Assembly (NCBI GenBank): GCA_965153455.1
Contig: OZ234493.1
Location: forward strand, 26,774,213 to 26,838,212
Direction: 5' to 3'
Origin: Sphagnum compactum
Taxonomy: Eukaryota
DNA: 64,000 nucleotides
Both the position numbers and the translations under genes were made by a program. The notes under the pieces were generated by a model that saw only the letters and a list, made by a program, of their open reading frames with translations, was not told where the DNA came from and did not search any database. How positions within the stretch are numbered: the first letter of the stretch is position 1; each line of letters begins with the position of its first letter. Below, piece by piece: positions 14,231-28,048 of this stretch.

Positions 14231-15030
14231 TTTTTTAATGTATTAAAAGTATAAATCTTTATTTGTATAACAATTAACATGATGATAATGTTTTATTTTA
14301 TGTTTAAAATGTTGAAAACCCCCATCTTGCAAATGGAATTAAGTATAATTTTAAAAAATATTTCTACTTGCACAAAATGTTCGATCTTACAAAATGGGTT
14401 ACATATAGATGAAATATTGATTTAATTTTTTAAAAACTTAGTGGAGCCCTAGAAGATACTTATGTATAAAAAAATTAAGAATGTTATAATCATAATGTAT
14501 CAAAATTTTAATATGAAGTAGGTTTGAACATCATTTTCACCCAATTAGTTATAAACATACTTTCAACCTACTTTTATGATACCAAAGTTGTTCAAACTTT
14601 GTATCCAACTTCCCCATAAACTACATGTAGGGCCCTACGGTTTTAAATTTATACTGAGTGAAGATCATGAAAGTGAAGATTTATGTTACATGATTTGTGT
14701 ATCTTCATTTGTGTTCGTTGGGTTGTGCATGTTGTTTATTAATATGTCAATATGGTGATCATATGATTTCAAGGGGTAAGGGGATTACGAAGGTGTGTGC
14801 CATTTGGTTATAATTTGGGAATGAACACATCTTCTTAGGTTGACCTATTGGTAGTTTGTGTTTACTATTCAATGTGAAACCCTATGTGAAAGGTTATATG
14901 CCTTCCTTCAAATAGTTTTATCATCACAAAAAACATGGGGGCCATGATTGGTGTGGTTAATAACCAGGCACGAAACAAGTCTACCATTTCATCTTGATCA
15001 CTAAAGGAGTCATGTTTAATGCTTGGTTTG

Positions 15031-16752
15031 TGTGAGCCATGAATTATAAACCACAAATTGTTAAGCCTAAGTTCCATAGTTTTCCTTAGTATTAATGATT
15101 TGAATACTAATAAACCTCCAAGTAATAATTATTAAGAGATGGATTAGCCTTTGGATATTTCAGCATAGAAAACTCTTTTATTTAAATTGATGCAAGGCTT
15201 AGTTAGTTTTAGGACCTAGTAAACCTTTTTAAGTGCATTATCCTTTTATGTTGTAGAGAAGGGAAAGGGGATGTAGAATTAGATGTGATTTATTGATATA
15301 TTGGGAATACAAGCCCATAACTAACAATAACATTTCGCCATGACAATATTAAGTTAGTCTGTAGAATAATCTTCAGGCACGAATGATGTACTGGAAAGAT
15401 TTTTAGGATGCAATCCTAATACATCTTTATTTAGTTTTCACTTCTATCATACGCTTAGATAGAATCAAAATCAAACTTAAATATTAACATTTCCACCTGA
15501 GTGGCCTCAAGTGAATTACAACTTAGTTAACAACTTTAAGGGAATAGATCATAATTGCAAAAACTCCAGAATGCGACAAATGGTGCGAGTTAGGTATTCG
15601 GCTCGATGCTCCATGGAAAGGGGGTTAATTGGGCCTCGCAGCCAACGATAATGGCCATCACCGGGAACCCAAGTTCGACAATGAATATGAACATCGTCGT
15701 CTTCACATTGACATTTTTCAAACCTTTCTCGCACGGTTCCTCGAGCAGGAATGAATTCTAAATAAATTGTTAAGGCATGTGGGTTAGGAAACAATTGACG
15801 ATCCCATGCCAAATGATCGACTCGAATGCGCACCACTCTTCTGGATGGTTATTCTTCGCGCGACCGTTGAAAAATATTCACCTCAAGCGCTACTTCGTCA
15901 AGTGATGTTCTGTCAAGCGGTGCTTCTTAAAGCTTTTCCTTGTCTACTGGTGCAACTGGAGGATTCGAAGGCGTAGCGACATCATCCGCCATGACTAAAT
16001 TGTCACCTGCATCAACAAAAACAGAGGGTAGTAGAAATAATGTGGTACTTGCGTTCAAAAGGGGTCGAGGCTTTTTTAATTAACAAATTAGGGTAGGCAT
16101 AAGGTGGGGGAGTGAGGACGGAACCTCATGAAAATTTGAACATCCTCGATCTAATAGATTCATCAAACCCTAATTTTGACGGTGGATCTAGGAGTATGTG
16201 GGGGTTCTTGTGATGCAAATTTTAATTCCAATTTACTATGTACTACATAGTTAATTAGTGCATGGAAGAAAAAATAAGTAAAGGATATCAAAAGAGTAAA
16301 TGGTACGCGGGGATGTTACTTCAACCATTGAATTGATTTAGTCAAGTAAGGACTCAAGGATGTTTACTTGTTATTACCGATAAATTGTCCTAGTTATTAG
16401 TTACTTGAAATAATTAGGATGAAAAAATAGGGTGTGAGGGTCAACGGACGGAAAGGATAAGGATCAAGCTCAAGAACTTTATCAAGATATCCAAGATAAG
16501 GGGAAGGATGAGTCCTCCAATCCCATTAGTCATGAGGATTGTCATCCTATTTGATTGGAGGATGGAATATTTTTTGGGTCTCATTGGGCCCAAGAATTCT
16601 CAACCTAAAATCAATTGAAGGGCAAATCATTCTCAATTCTCATTGGCTCTTAAAGGATGAAGAGGCCATTGATTGGAGGGAAGGATTTCGAAGCTTCCAT
16701 TGGTCAAGGGGAACAAGCTCAAGGAAGGTCATGGAGGTTTACCAAGGGAGAG
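15031..16752 (+). mobile_element. Truncated copy 1 of the 2.6-kb LTR-like unit (family B)
   Basis: Starts TGTGAGCCATG and is colinear with 28049-~29728; homology stops at ~16752, followed by Gly/Pro-rich gag-like debris. Confidence 0.85.
15549..15992 (-). pseudogene. Family-B internal ORF (~147 codons, two in-frame stops), unknown protein
   Basis: MADDVATPSNPPVAPVDKE...WDRQLFPNPHAL...CQCEDDDVHIHCRTWVPGDGHYRWLRGPINP...LEFLQL; homologous frames in copies 2 and 3; splice-acceptor-like TTTTGTTGATGCAG just upstream. Confidence 0.55.
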
Positions 16753-17534
16753 AGGTCATTAGATCTAGCCAAGTACCAGTTTTGTTGATTGAACTGATTT
16801 TCAGTACCACCCCACCTGCCATCCCAATTAGTTCCCAAATTCCAGTGACTTGCGTTCCTGTAGTACCTGAGCGTAACCCTTCTTTCACAATTGCCCCAAG
16901 TTATCCTGTTACTCAGATGTTGAATGACTAATATTCGACGATGAATTTTATTAAAAATAATATTTTACCGGCCTACCTTAGGAAGTATGGACCGTCCTAT
17001 ATAGGCAACGGCAATATTTCCAACCATGGACAATGATTCCTAACCGTTATTACCTAGGTAACCCCCCATTTACTTTCTCCAACATAACAGACCCTACAGC
17101 ACAGCCTTTCCCAAATATGGTGTCTACTAAGATTGTCACAATTGGAGGAAGTCAAGGTGTCTAAACATTTGTCATGACTTCCCCAATAACTATTCCTACT
17201 AATAGGTTTTTTATAAAAAATTCAATGTCCAATTACCAACTGCCCACACGAAACCCCCCATCAGGATTCGGTAATTCTGGGGGTGGGATACTTACGAGAA
17301 GCGGTGTTAATATTCTTCATGGGAGTGGAGGACCACCAGGAGGGGGAAGCTGACCTTCGGGAGGAGTTGGTGGACCTTCGGGCGGAAGCAAACCACTAGG
17401 TGGAAGTGGACCCCAAGTGGAGGCAGATTTTTAGTTGGAAAAGGTGCAAGTGTGCTTTTCGATGCTCCCTAGCCAGGTTCCCCTTGGAACCCATGGTACT
17501 CACCATGGTATCCATCACCAACACCCACTACCAC

Positions 17535-20500
17535 TGTGGCTATCATGGACACCACAACCACTTATCGCTTACATCATCACTTTCACCAACATAATCGCTT
17601 GCATCACCATTTCAATTATTGCTTACACCAACATAGTTGCATGCATCATTACTTGCACCATTACTTGCACCAACATAGTCACCTACATCATCGCTTGCAT
17701 TGTCATTAACTCTCAATTAATTCCTAGTTCACTATTAGTTAAGTGCACACATGGAAGCCTCTATGAAACCTTCCTTGAGCTAAGTTCCCAATGAGGTATA
17801 ATTTAAGTTAACCTTTATTTAAGTTTTTGTTGACTTTTAGTTCACTATTAATTAAGAATCTTTTCAATAAGCTTCCTTGGTCAATGCATACATGGAAGTT
17901 TCTAAGTTCCTTGAATTAGGTCCTCAATGGGGTATAAATAGGGATAGGACCTCCCATTACTTTGAGTTTGTTCAACACCAGTTTTGGGTACATTTTTTTG
18001 TCATAGCCATTTTCTTCATACGTTATCAAAATAAAATTTTGATTAAATCATTTTCTTACATATATCATGTTCTTGCCTTTTGTTTTTATGTTTTCAAATT
18101 TTTATTAAATTTAGGCCTGCATTTCTTGTGATTTGTTTTCCTTGTTATGTCCTTGGCTTAATTCATGTTCTTGTAGTTTTTCATGCTCATGATAGTTTGA
18201 AGAGACTCCCATCAGGCCTACATCTATTTTTGTCATCACTATAATTGTTTCGTTTTTTGTGGAAATCGAGTGTGGACTACCCTTCTACTTCAAACTTAAG
18301 AGTTCAAGAGGTTGTGGATTACCCACCTTTTGAACATGTTGAAATTGTGGACCATCCACCTCTTGTCAAAGAGTTTTATTTACATATTTCTTTGGCCATG
18401 TCCATTTCAAAAAAATAAATAGTTCCGTCCATGGAAGAGGTTCTTGTTGCCCTTAAGCATATGCAACAGGAAAATTAATTTTTTTGTGAATGCATTACAC
18501 ACTTACAAAGAAACCAAACATCTGCAACGTTTGGAAGCATCTGAAGGAATCATGAATTAGCCTACCAGAGAAGTTTAATGGCACACATTCAAAATTTTGA
18601 GGTTTCGTCAACTAAGTATGTTTCATCATCCAACTTAACTAACATCGCTATCCAGATGATCGGACCCAAGTTGGACTCATTAGCACCTTATTATCAAGTA
18701 TAATTTTAGCATGGTTTGCACCTCTTTTGGAACATCAATCTCCTCTTTTAAACGAGTTTGAAACATTTTTTGAAAAAATTGGTGCTGCCTTTGGCAATTT
18801 AGACAAATAACGTACAATAACAAGCAAGTTGCAAGCTCTTCACCAAAGATCACAACTAGCTTTTGTGTACACTTTTGAATTCACACAATTAACATGTGAC
18901 ATTTCATGGGACGAAGTTGCGCTCATGAGCCAATTTCAATTTCGACTTTGTGGAGACGTAAGGACCTTCTATTGACCATGTTTGATCCCATGACCTTGAG
19001 TCAGGCAATCACGCAAGCTATGCGTTGTGATAATCGACTTTTTGAACGTTGATAAGAGAAGTGTTGGGAATCGTCACCAACATTGAAGCCATTCACACCA
19101 CCCATGTTGCAACCCAAACATATGGTGTCTACGCCCAATGACAACCTCATGCAAATCAACAAGACATGATTCAAACCACTCAAATAATAGGAGAAATAAC
19201 ATTGAAATGTAAACAATTTTTGTTTATACTGTGGAGAACCAAACCACATAGTTGGTGATTGTCCAAAGAAATGTGTTCAACATGCAACACACGCCACAAC
19301 TTCTACCAGTACCCAAAAACCAAAAGAAAAGGGAAACAAAGATGTCCAATCTTAACGAGGACCGTGAGATTGGACTTCGATGCATCATGTGTTCAAAATG
19401 GTCCTACCTTGTTTTCATAACCAGCGCCTTATTTTTTGTTGCCCAACATGATCAAGGGTGGTAAATCCACAACTGTGCAAACCTAAACACTTCTTGACTT
19501 AAGGGCATCTGAATGTTTCATCAACAAGGAGTTGGTACGACAATATAACTTGGTGTTGGTGGAAAAAACAACACCAATGGCAGTCAAAATGATTGATGGT
19601 CGGAACTTTTCTTTAAAACCTGCAATACATGAAACCAAGGCAGTGACAGTAACAATTGGGTCACAAAGTAACAAAGTTGTCTTCAATATCATTTCATCTT
19701 CGACAAACCCTATCATCATTGGGTTATCATGGCTCATTTTGCATAATCCTCAAGTGGATTGGAAAACGAGTAGTTTTCATTTGGAATTAGTAAACGAAAC
19801 TACACCAAAATATGAAACTTTTCCAACAAGCACGTTGGACTCTAAACATGATTCTGCATGTGAAGACATAGTAAAAACTAATCAATGCATGCAGAAACTC
19901 AAACGTCAAGGAAATATTAAGGGTTACCAAGGATCCAAACATTTTGAGCCTTTGTTCATGGGAGCAAAAGCATTCATATAAGCATCAAAAAAAGGAGATA
20001 CATTTTTTTGTGTATGCCATTCTAGCCCTTGATCTTGGGATGCAATAACATGAGATCACTATTCAGTACCAAGACTACAAAATGTTTTTGAAAAAAAAAA
20101 TGCAGACGCATTACCTGAACATTGGCCATATGATTGTGTAATTGATTTGGAAGAAGGAGCACAACCTTCGTTTGGACCCATCTATAATTTGTCATAGGGC
20201 GAATTCTCAACGCTTCGAAAATACATCGACAATTTTTTTGAGAAGGGGTTCATTCGACACTCCAAGTTTCTAGCTAATGCTCTAATCCTATTTGTCAATA
20301 AAAAAGATGGATATCTATGCATGTGTATTGATTACCATGGATTAAATCGACTCACCATTAAGAACTAGTACCTTTTGCCCTTGATCTCAGGATTGTTGAA
20401 CCAACTCAATCATGCCAAAGTGTACACCAAGTTTGACCTATGTGGAGCATACAACTTGATGCACATTTGAAAGTGATGAATGGAAAATGGCATTCAGAAC

Positions 20501-22815
20501 TCATTACGGCCATTTTGAATATGTTGTGATGCCCTTTGGCTGTCGCAACCCCACTTTGTCCAAGTGTGGGGGTGAAGCCCAACACTTGGAAAAGTTGGAG
20601 GTTTGGAGTCCTCCGGGACTCCCAAATGTTCAGAGCTCAACAGCAAGGGGCAAAACACCTCGCATTGGAGTGTTCTTGGTGTCATTGGAAAGGTCTTGAA
20701 ACGTAAATATCGAAAATGGCCTCGCATTGGCCATTTGGACATTTGCAGCCCAAGTTATGGGCAAAAGAAGGGCCGGGAGTCAAACTGGCAGTTTGACTCC
20801 TGACCACTAAAAGTCGGGAATCGACCCTTTCCCGACGTCGCCTTAGGAAGTACGACATGGCGTTGGAAAGATCTCGACAAGGGCTACAACTTTGGTTCAG
20901 ACCTCGTTGCGATCGGACTTTGGAATCGGGAGTTATGACCGTTCAAAGTCCCGGGAGTCTCGCCGGGACAATTTCGGGACTCCATTTCGGGAGTCCCAAC
21001 AAAATGTGCCATTTGGATGTAGCCTCCGTGGTGAGCCGCAGAGATAACTATAAGGGGGAAGGTGGTGGCTTCCCCCAAGTCCGGGCCGTGGTGAGTCAAG
21101 TAGTCCGAAGTGCCCGTGGCTTGTCCCAACACTCAAGGGTGTTCCCGAATGTGAACTAACCCATTTGTGGTTGGTTTTGGATGCAGATTCGTGCTTGATC
21201 TACTAGTCCATCTTCCTAGTCTAATCCCGGGGCTTCCAACTCGACCCTCTACCCCTTTCTAGAGTTGGAAGTCGGGAGCGTGCCCCTTGGGTCCCCACTT
21301 TCCGCAACTTCACATTGGTGAACCCTCAAGTGGGTTCATCCCGGGACCAAGGAGCGCGTCATTGGCCATACCAATGCACATGTTATTTTTCAACATATGA
21401 TGAATGATGTCTTCTGTGAGTATTTGGATGATTTTGTGGTTTGTTACATCGATGACATCCTCATTTTCTCGAAGAACATGGCAGACCATGAGCACCATGT
21501 ATGTATGGTTTTGGAAAAACTCGAAAAAAATGGTTTTTATGCTAAATTAGAAAAGTGTGAATTCCATCAATTTGAAGTGGGATTAGTGGGTTATATTATT
21601 TCTAGAGATGGCGTTTGCGTGGACCCTCATAAGGTTCAAACCATTGTGGATTGGGCTACCATAGTTTCTGTTCGAGATGTTCAATGTTTTTTTGGGTTCG
21701 CCAATTTTTATCGATGATTCATTGCACACTATTCCACGATAGTGACTCCTCTTACTCATTTGATTCGGAAGGATCAACCTTTTTCCTAGGGAGTTGAAGC
21801 TGAAAATACCTTTCAATCTTTGAAAGCTTCCTTCACAACTGCCCCATTTTTGATTTATGCATACGCTTCCAAACCTTTTGTCTTGGAAACGAATGCTTTT
21901 GCATTAGGTGCCATATTCTCACAACCCAAAGAAAATAATCTTTTTCATTTAGTTGGTTTCCGTTTTTGTAAGTTTTTTCCTACCGATATTAATTACGAAA
22001 TTCATGACAAAGAACTCTTGGCCATCATAGATGCCTTTGGGGAGTGGCATCATCTACTTGAAGGAGCTTAACATGAAATCATCATGTATTCTGATCATAA
22101 GAATCTTCAACATTTCATGATGGTTCGTGTGTTGAATTGACATTATCCTTGTCTCAATTTTAGTTTGTGATTACCCGTCGTCCAAGCAACAACAAGGGAA
22201 ACCAGATGTGTTATCCCATCGCTTATACCTCGCACCTAAAGAGGGGGATGCCATTTACGAACAATAATGTGACACCATTCTCAAACCCAAAAACCTTCAA
22301 CTTTAAACATTGTTGGTAACTCCTAAGGATAGGACCTTCCTTCATCACATTCGTGAAGATCTAGTCAATGATTTTCTTGCTACTGGTATAGAAGTCATCA
22401 GAAAAAACCTTCCTAGCGACTTCAACAAATTTGAATTTTGTGATGGTCTATTGTATCATGATGGATTGTTATATGTTCCGGAAGGTGTTGTGCGACTTCA
22501 AGTTCTCCAAGCCTGACATGACACATTGGTTGCTGGCCATTTTGGATTCAACAAGACCATGGAATTAGTGTCTCGTGACTATTGGTGGCCATAATTTTGA
22601 AAGTTTGTGAAGGAATTTGTGGGCTCATGTGATATTTGTGCTCGTGCAAAGAATCCTTGTCATTGCCCTTGTGAACTTCTTTAGCCATTACCGATCCCTG
22701 CTTCACCATGGTCTTTGATCTCCATAGATTTCATCATGGATTTTCCACGATCTAACTCATTTGATTCCATTTTGGTGGTGGTGGATTGTTTCACGAAGAT
22801 GGCTCATTTTATTCC
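17535..22815 (+). mobile_element. Decayed Ty3/gypsy element, Tf2/sushi (chromovirus-like) type: putative LTR, gag, PR, RT, RNase H, truncated integrase
   Basis: Gag LPEKFNGTHSKF (~18560), zinc knuckle CLYCGEPNHIVGDC (19221-19262), protease [34 protein letters not shown] and CYIDDILIFS, RNase H NYEIHDKELLAII, integrase breaks off at [18 protein letters not shown]-like TATAAATA at ~17933; many stops and frameshifts; 5' boundary uncertain. Confidence 0.85.
20541..21361 (+). mobile_element. Solo LTR, family A (821 bp), inserted in the RT of the Tf2-like element
   Basis: TGTCGC...GCGTCA termini, perfect 5-bp TSD TTGGC (20536-20540 and 21362-21366); splits the RT at YVVMPFG|. Confidence 0.93.
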
Positions 22816-22844
22816 CTACAACCCTTTCGGTTTTTCTACATACC

Positions 22845-25415
22845 TCTGAGGAATTTTTTGTACATCTTCAATATACAGATATGCACTCACAAAACCCGCT
22901 TGGAAGTGAAACTACTATGTAATTGTAGTCTAACAAGTACAGTGGTTGAAAGTAATGCAATGAAGCTCCCTAAGAATTTAATGCGTTGTGTCCACTTGGG
23001 AGATACAAAGACATTGTGGGAGAATCATAACTCACCATGATGAAATATGAAGGGCATTATGTTGACGTTCATTCAATGTCACGCTTGATGGTTGAACACT
23101 TTTTGTTCCATTCGTCATAACATCTACATACAACCTCCTATTCTAACATGCATTGGTTTTTGAAAAGGCTAATTTAAAAGGAGCCATGTTACAAAATCTT
23201 TTAAGTTTTTATTTTTTTTATCAAGAGTTAAGCCTTGGGACTAAACATCACTTTGCTGAAATTGAGGAAAAAATAGACAAATTCAACCCCCTCTACTTCC
23301 AGCAAGTGTAGCTCCCTTATAGCATACCCGATGATGCTGAAATTTGGAAAGAACCTTTTACACCTCCTAAACAAGAACTATTTTAAGTTTGACACAAATC
23401 CAACGGTGGATTTGGGAAGAACAACTATTTGAAATAAGACTCCACAGGCTTTGTCATGGAAATCCTTCCATGAACTCCACTACAAACACCCTCTACTTCC
23501 GGCAAGTGTAGTTCCCTCACAGCAAACCTGATGATGCTGAAATTTGAAAAAAACCTTATACACCTTTTAAACAAGAACCGTTTTAAGTTTGACACAAATC
23601 CAACGGTGGATTTGGAGGGAACAACTATTTGAAACAAAACTCTAGAAGTTTTGTCATGGAAATCCTTCCATGCTTATTTCTTGCACACATCCTTTTCATG
23701 AACAACACCTTTCACACATAACAACTAATCTTTTCCTCACACATTCATTCTCTTCCTTTCCCTTTCCACACACACAAGATACTCCTCTTTCCCTTGATAA
23801 GTCTTCATGACCTTCCTTGAGCTTGTTCCCCTTGACCAATGGAAGCTTCGAAATCCTTCCCTCCAATTAATGGCCTCTTCATCCTTTAAGAGCCAATGAG
23901 AATTGAGAATGATTTGCCCTCCAATTGATTTTAGGTTGAGAATTCTTGGGCCCAATGAGACACAAACAATATTCCATCTTCCAATCAAATAGGATGACAA
24001 TCCTCATGATTAATGGGATTGGAGGACTCATCCTTCCCCTTATCTTGGATATTTTGATAAGGTTCTTGAGCTTGATCCTTATCCTTTCCATCCGTTGACC
24101 CTCACATCCTACTTTTTCATCCTAATTATTTCAAGCAACTAATAACTAGGACAATTTATCGGTAATAACAAGTAAACATCCTTGAGTCCTTACTTGACTA
24201 AATCAATTCAATGGTTGAAGTAACATCCCCGCGTACCATTTACTCTTTTGATATCCTTTACTTATTTTTTCTTCCATGCACTAATTAAATATGTAGTACA
24301 TAGTAAATTGGAATTAAAATTTGCATCACAAGAACCCCCACATACTCCTAGATCCATCGTCAAAATTAGGGTTTGATGAATCTATTAGATCGAGGATGTT
24401 CGAATTTTCATGAGGTTCCGTCGTCACTCCCCCACCTTACGCCTACCCTAATTTGTTAAATAAAAAGGCCTCGACCCCTTCTGAACGCAAGTACCACATT
24501 GCTTCTACTACCCTCTATTTTTGTTGATGCAGGTGATAATTTAGTCATGGCGAATGATGTCGCTACGCCTTCGAATCCTCCAGTTGCACCAGTAGACAAG
24601 GAATAACTTGAAGAAGCACCGATTAACGAAGTAGCGCTTGAGGTGAATGTCTCTCAACGGTCGTGCAAAGAAGAACCATCCAGAAATAATTCGTTCCTGC
24701 TCGAGGAACCGCGCCAGAAAGGTTTGAAAAGTGTCAATGTGAAGACGACGATGTTCGTCTTCATTGTCAAACTTGGGTTCCCGGTGATGGCCATTATCGT
24801 TGGCTGCGAGGCCCAATTAACCCCCTTTCCATGGAGCATCGAGCCGAATATCTAACTCGCACCATTCGTCGCATTCTGGAGTTTTTGCAATTGTGATCTA
24901 TTCCCTTAAAGTTGTTAACTAAGTTGTAATTCACTTGAGGCCACTCAGGTGGAAATGTTAATACTTAAGTTTGATTTTGATTCTATCTAAACGTCTGATA
25001 GAAGTGAAGACTAAATAAAAATGTATTAGGATTGCATCCTAAAAATCTTTCCAGTACATCATTCGTGCCTGAAGATTATTCTACAGAGTAACTTAATATT
25101 GTTATGGCGAAATGTTATTGTTAATTATGGGCTTGTATTCCCAATATATCAATAAATCACATCTAATTCTACATCCCCTTTCCCTTCTCTACAACATAAA
25201 AGGATAATGCACTTAAAAAGGTTTACTAGGTCCTAAAACTAACTAAGCCTTGCATTAATTTAAATAAAAGAGTTTTATATGCTGAAATATCCAAAGGCTA
25301 ATCCAACTCTTAATAATTATTACTTGGAGGTTTATCAGGATTTAAATCATTAATACTAAGGAAAACTATGGAACTAAGGCTTAACAATTTGTGATATTAT
25401 AATCCATGGCTCACA
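22845..25415 (-). mobile_element. Family-B solo-LTR-like unit, copy 2 (2571 bp, inverted relative to copies 1 and 3)
   Basis: Termini T(C)TGAG...CTCACA, perfect 5-bp TSD ATACC (22840-22844 and 25416-25420); host frame VCADGY|VEKPKG rejoins. Confidence 0.9.
23285..23670. repeat. Two ~200-bp tandem units inside family-B copy 2 (also at ~29860-30240 in copy 3)
   Basis: ctctacttcc...gatgatgctgaaattt...gacacaaatccaacggtggatttgg at 23291 and 23491. Confidence 0.85.
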
Positions 25416-28048
25416 ATACCCATCCGCACACACTCCAAAGACGTCTACAATCAATTGTTTACTAATTACATACACCTTATCCTTATGCCTAAAGTAGATA
25501 TCTACACCCTTGATTAAGAATGTGTTAAGAAATTCCAACATGACATCATGCATCGGTGCTGACCAATCCATCATAAACAAAGGAATAAGCCTTGTTCTAA
25601 AAGCCAAATCTTCTTCTCCAGTAATATTTTCCCAATTTTCCATCCGCTCAACATGTTTATCATAATTCTATTTTGTCTATGTCCACATGAATCAATCAAG
25701 ACTTGGAATCTTAAAACCTTTTTCTAGAAGTGTAGTTTTGTCCAGGATTGCATGTCTTATCTTCCTTATAGCTTTCGATTCACGCCTTTCCATCTCCATC
25801 ACCGTCTATTGTGCTTTTACCATCGCTTGCACCTCTATGGATGGTTGTACTTTCGTCTCAACACCGCTCTCCTCCCCTATGTCCATCTACGCTATCTATG
25901 TTTCCACAAAGTGTTGTTCCACAGCTTTGTCTTCCTCCAATTCTTCGATGAACACTGGATCTATTGATGTAGCTCCTAGTCTTGTATGTTCTTTTGCGCA
26001 CCAACTTCTTCTACTTCTACACAAAAACTCGGCTATAGATGTTCCAGTTCTATATATATCGTGAATTATCATTTGCGCAAATTGCATCTTTTCACTGTAT
26101 GCTTTTCCTTTTGCACATTCCAAAGATGATGATGAATGTGGCGGCAACCTCACAACTAATGGCTAATATTCAACACGCCTTATCTTTATGTTCTTCTAAA
26201 TTGATCTTCTACTTCTATTCTTCTAAACAATTCTGCTTCTTCCTCCTACCTTTGTCTATGCCCACTCCTCTATGCTTCCTTTTCCTTTGTTATTCTATAT
26301 AATTTTTCAATCGCATTTTCTGCACTCATGTTGTTATGAACTCCAAAGCTTCGAAAATGCACATAACTTCCAACAACAAACGCAAATTGCTTTTGATTGT
26401 TACCCCATTTTTTTCGTCCTTAAACATCTCACCTGTCGCATTCATTTTTTTACATGCCCATCGTCTTTTAATTAACGCATGATCTTTGAAATTAATATGA
26501 CCCATCATTACAAGTTTGTGTCCCTTATACATCCACGTGGAAGCACTTCACGTCATCATTATGAATGAATGCCACAAATTTCATCTCCCGACTACTCCAC
26601 ATCGTTAATCTCCCTTCATTAGTCGTATTGACTCCACCTCATTCGCCTTGTACATCTTCTGCTGACTATGCCCATTTATTTGTTGATTGTGTCAACTCAT
26701 TTGCTGACTATGACAATACATCTGCTAATTGTGCTAACAAATCTAATGATTGTGCGAATACCCTTGATGATTGGGCGAATAATACTATTGATTCAGCCTA
26801 TACTCATGACAAATCATCTTTAGATCTCTAGATCCCAAATCCCTCACTTCTGTAGTTATTGCTCATGGATTTGTTACTCATCTATAGATCGAAAACCAAT
26901 ACTATGTTCATCACAAAATCTTTGATCTATTCTTCATCTTCAACATTTTTCATTTGTGGTTTTTATAATTCATAGTCTTCATTGTCCTTTTCCGTATCAA
27001 AATTCTCCACTTGAACTCCACTTGCATTCTTTTTTAATATACTGGCATATGTTGTTGTTATTTCTGAACTTCAAATTCCATGTACTTATAAGGTTTGAAC
27101 TTATTGAAACTGACTAGCACAAGGTTAACTTCAAACTTCTCAATGGTCACTAATAACACAATGTTATTTGGCAACACATACTATATTTTGTATGGTCCAA
27201 ACCATTTCCTGGTAAACTTCCCTAGGTGTGACTTATTACCCTTTGGAAACCACAACACATAATCACTAAAATTAAACTTTTTTTTAAAATTATTTTGTTG
27301 ATTCCGTAATGGTCTATTCCACTGCTGAATTCATGTAGTTTTTACAACTTGCATTTTAGCTTCCTGCAACTTCTCTAGCTTTTGTAATTTTGCTAGTTAA
27401 AACTTTCACTGGAGTACTATCTCTCTCATTTCCACTAGCAATTGGAACTATGTACTTTGTACTTTGTGGGCATTAATGGATGTAATCCATACGCTAATTG
27501 ATATGGTGTATGCCCTATTGCTACTTTGTATGCAATTTTGTATGCAAATAACACTATAGACAGATGCTCATCCTAATCTATTTTATTTTCACTAACTAAC
27601 TTGGTCAATGGTGTCCCAAGTACCTTGTTAATAGACCCAACCTGCCCATTTCATTTAAGATAATAAGTTGTAGACCTCACATGCTTCAACAAAAATTAAT
27701 TTGTCAAATACTTGATGGCATCATTAATGAAATGAACTCCTTGATCTATGACTATAGTCAAAGGACATCCAAACCTAGTTAATATGCACTCATATATAAA
27801 TTTTGTTGTGACTACTACAATATTAATTTTCAGTGCTCTTACTTCTACCCACTTGGTAACATAATTTATGGCAACAAAAATATATTTGTTCCATGTATAT
27901 CTTCTTATTGGCTTAATTGGCCCCACAAAATCAAGTCCCCATTTCATAAATGGTTCTTCTTGAGAATTTGTGACTAGCTTTACAAGATTTTGAGTTCTTA
28001 GTCCTCCAATTCTTTGACATGCATCGCAAGATCTGTAGTAATCATGCA

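Noticed and set aside
15031-25415. Copies 1 and 2 as giant TIRs (or DIRS-type inverted LTRs) of one composite element
   Set aside because: Copy 2 has its own TSD (ATACC) inside another element's frame; no shared outer TSD and no tyrosine recombinase seen.
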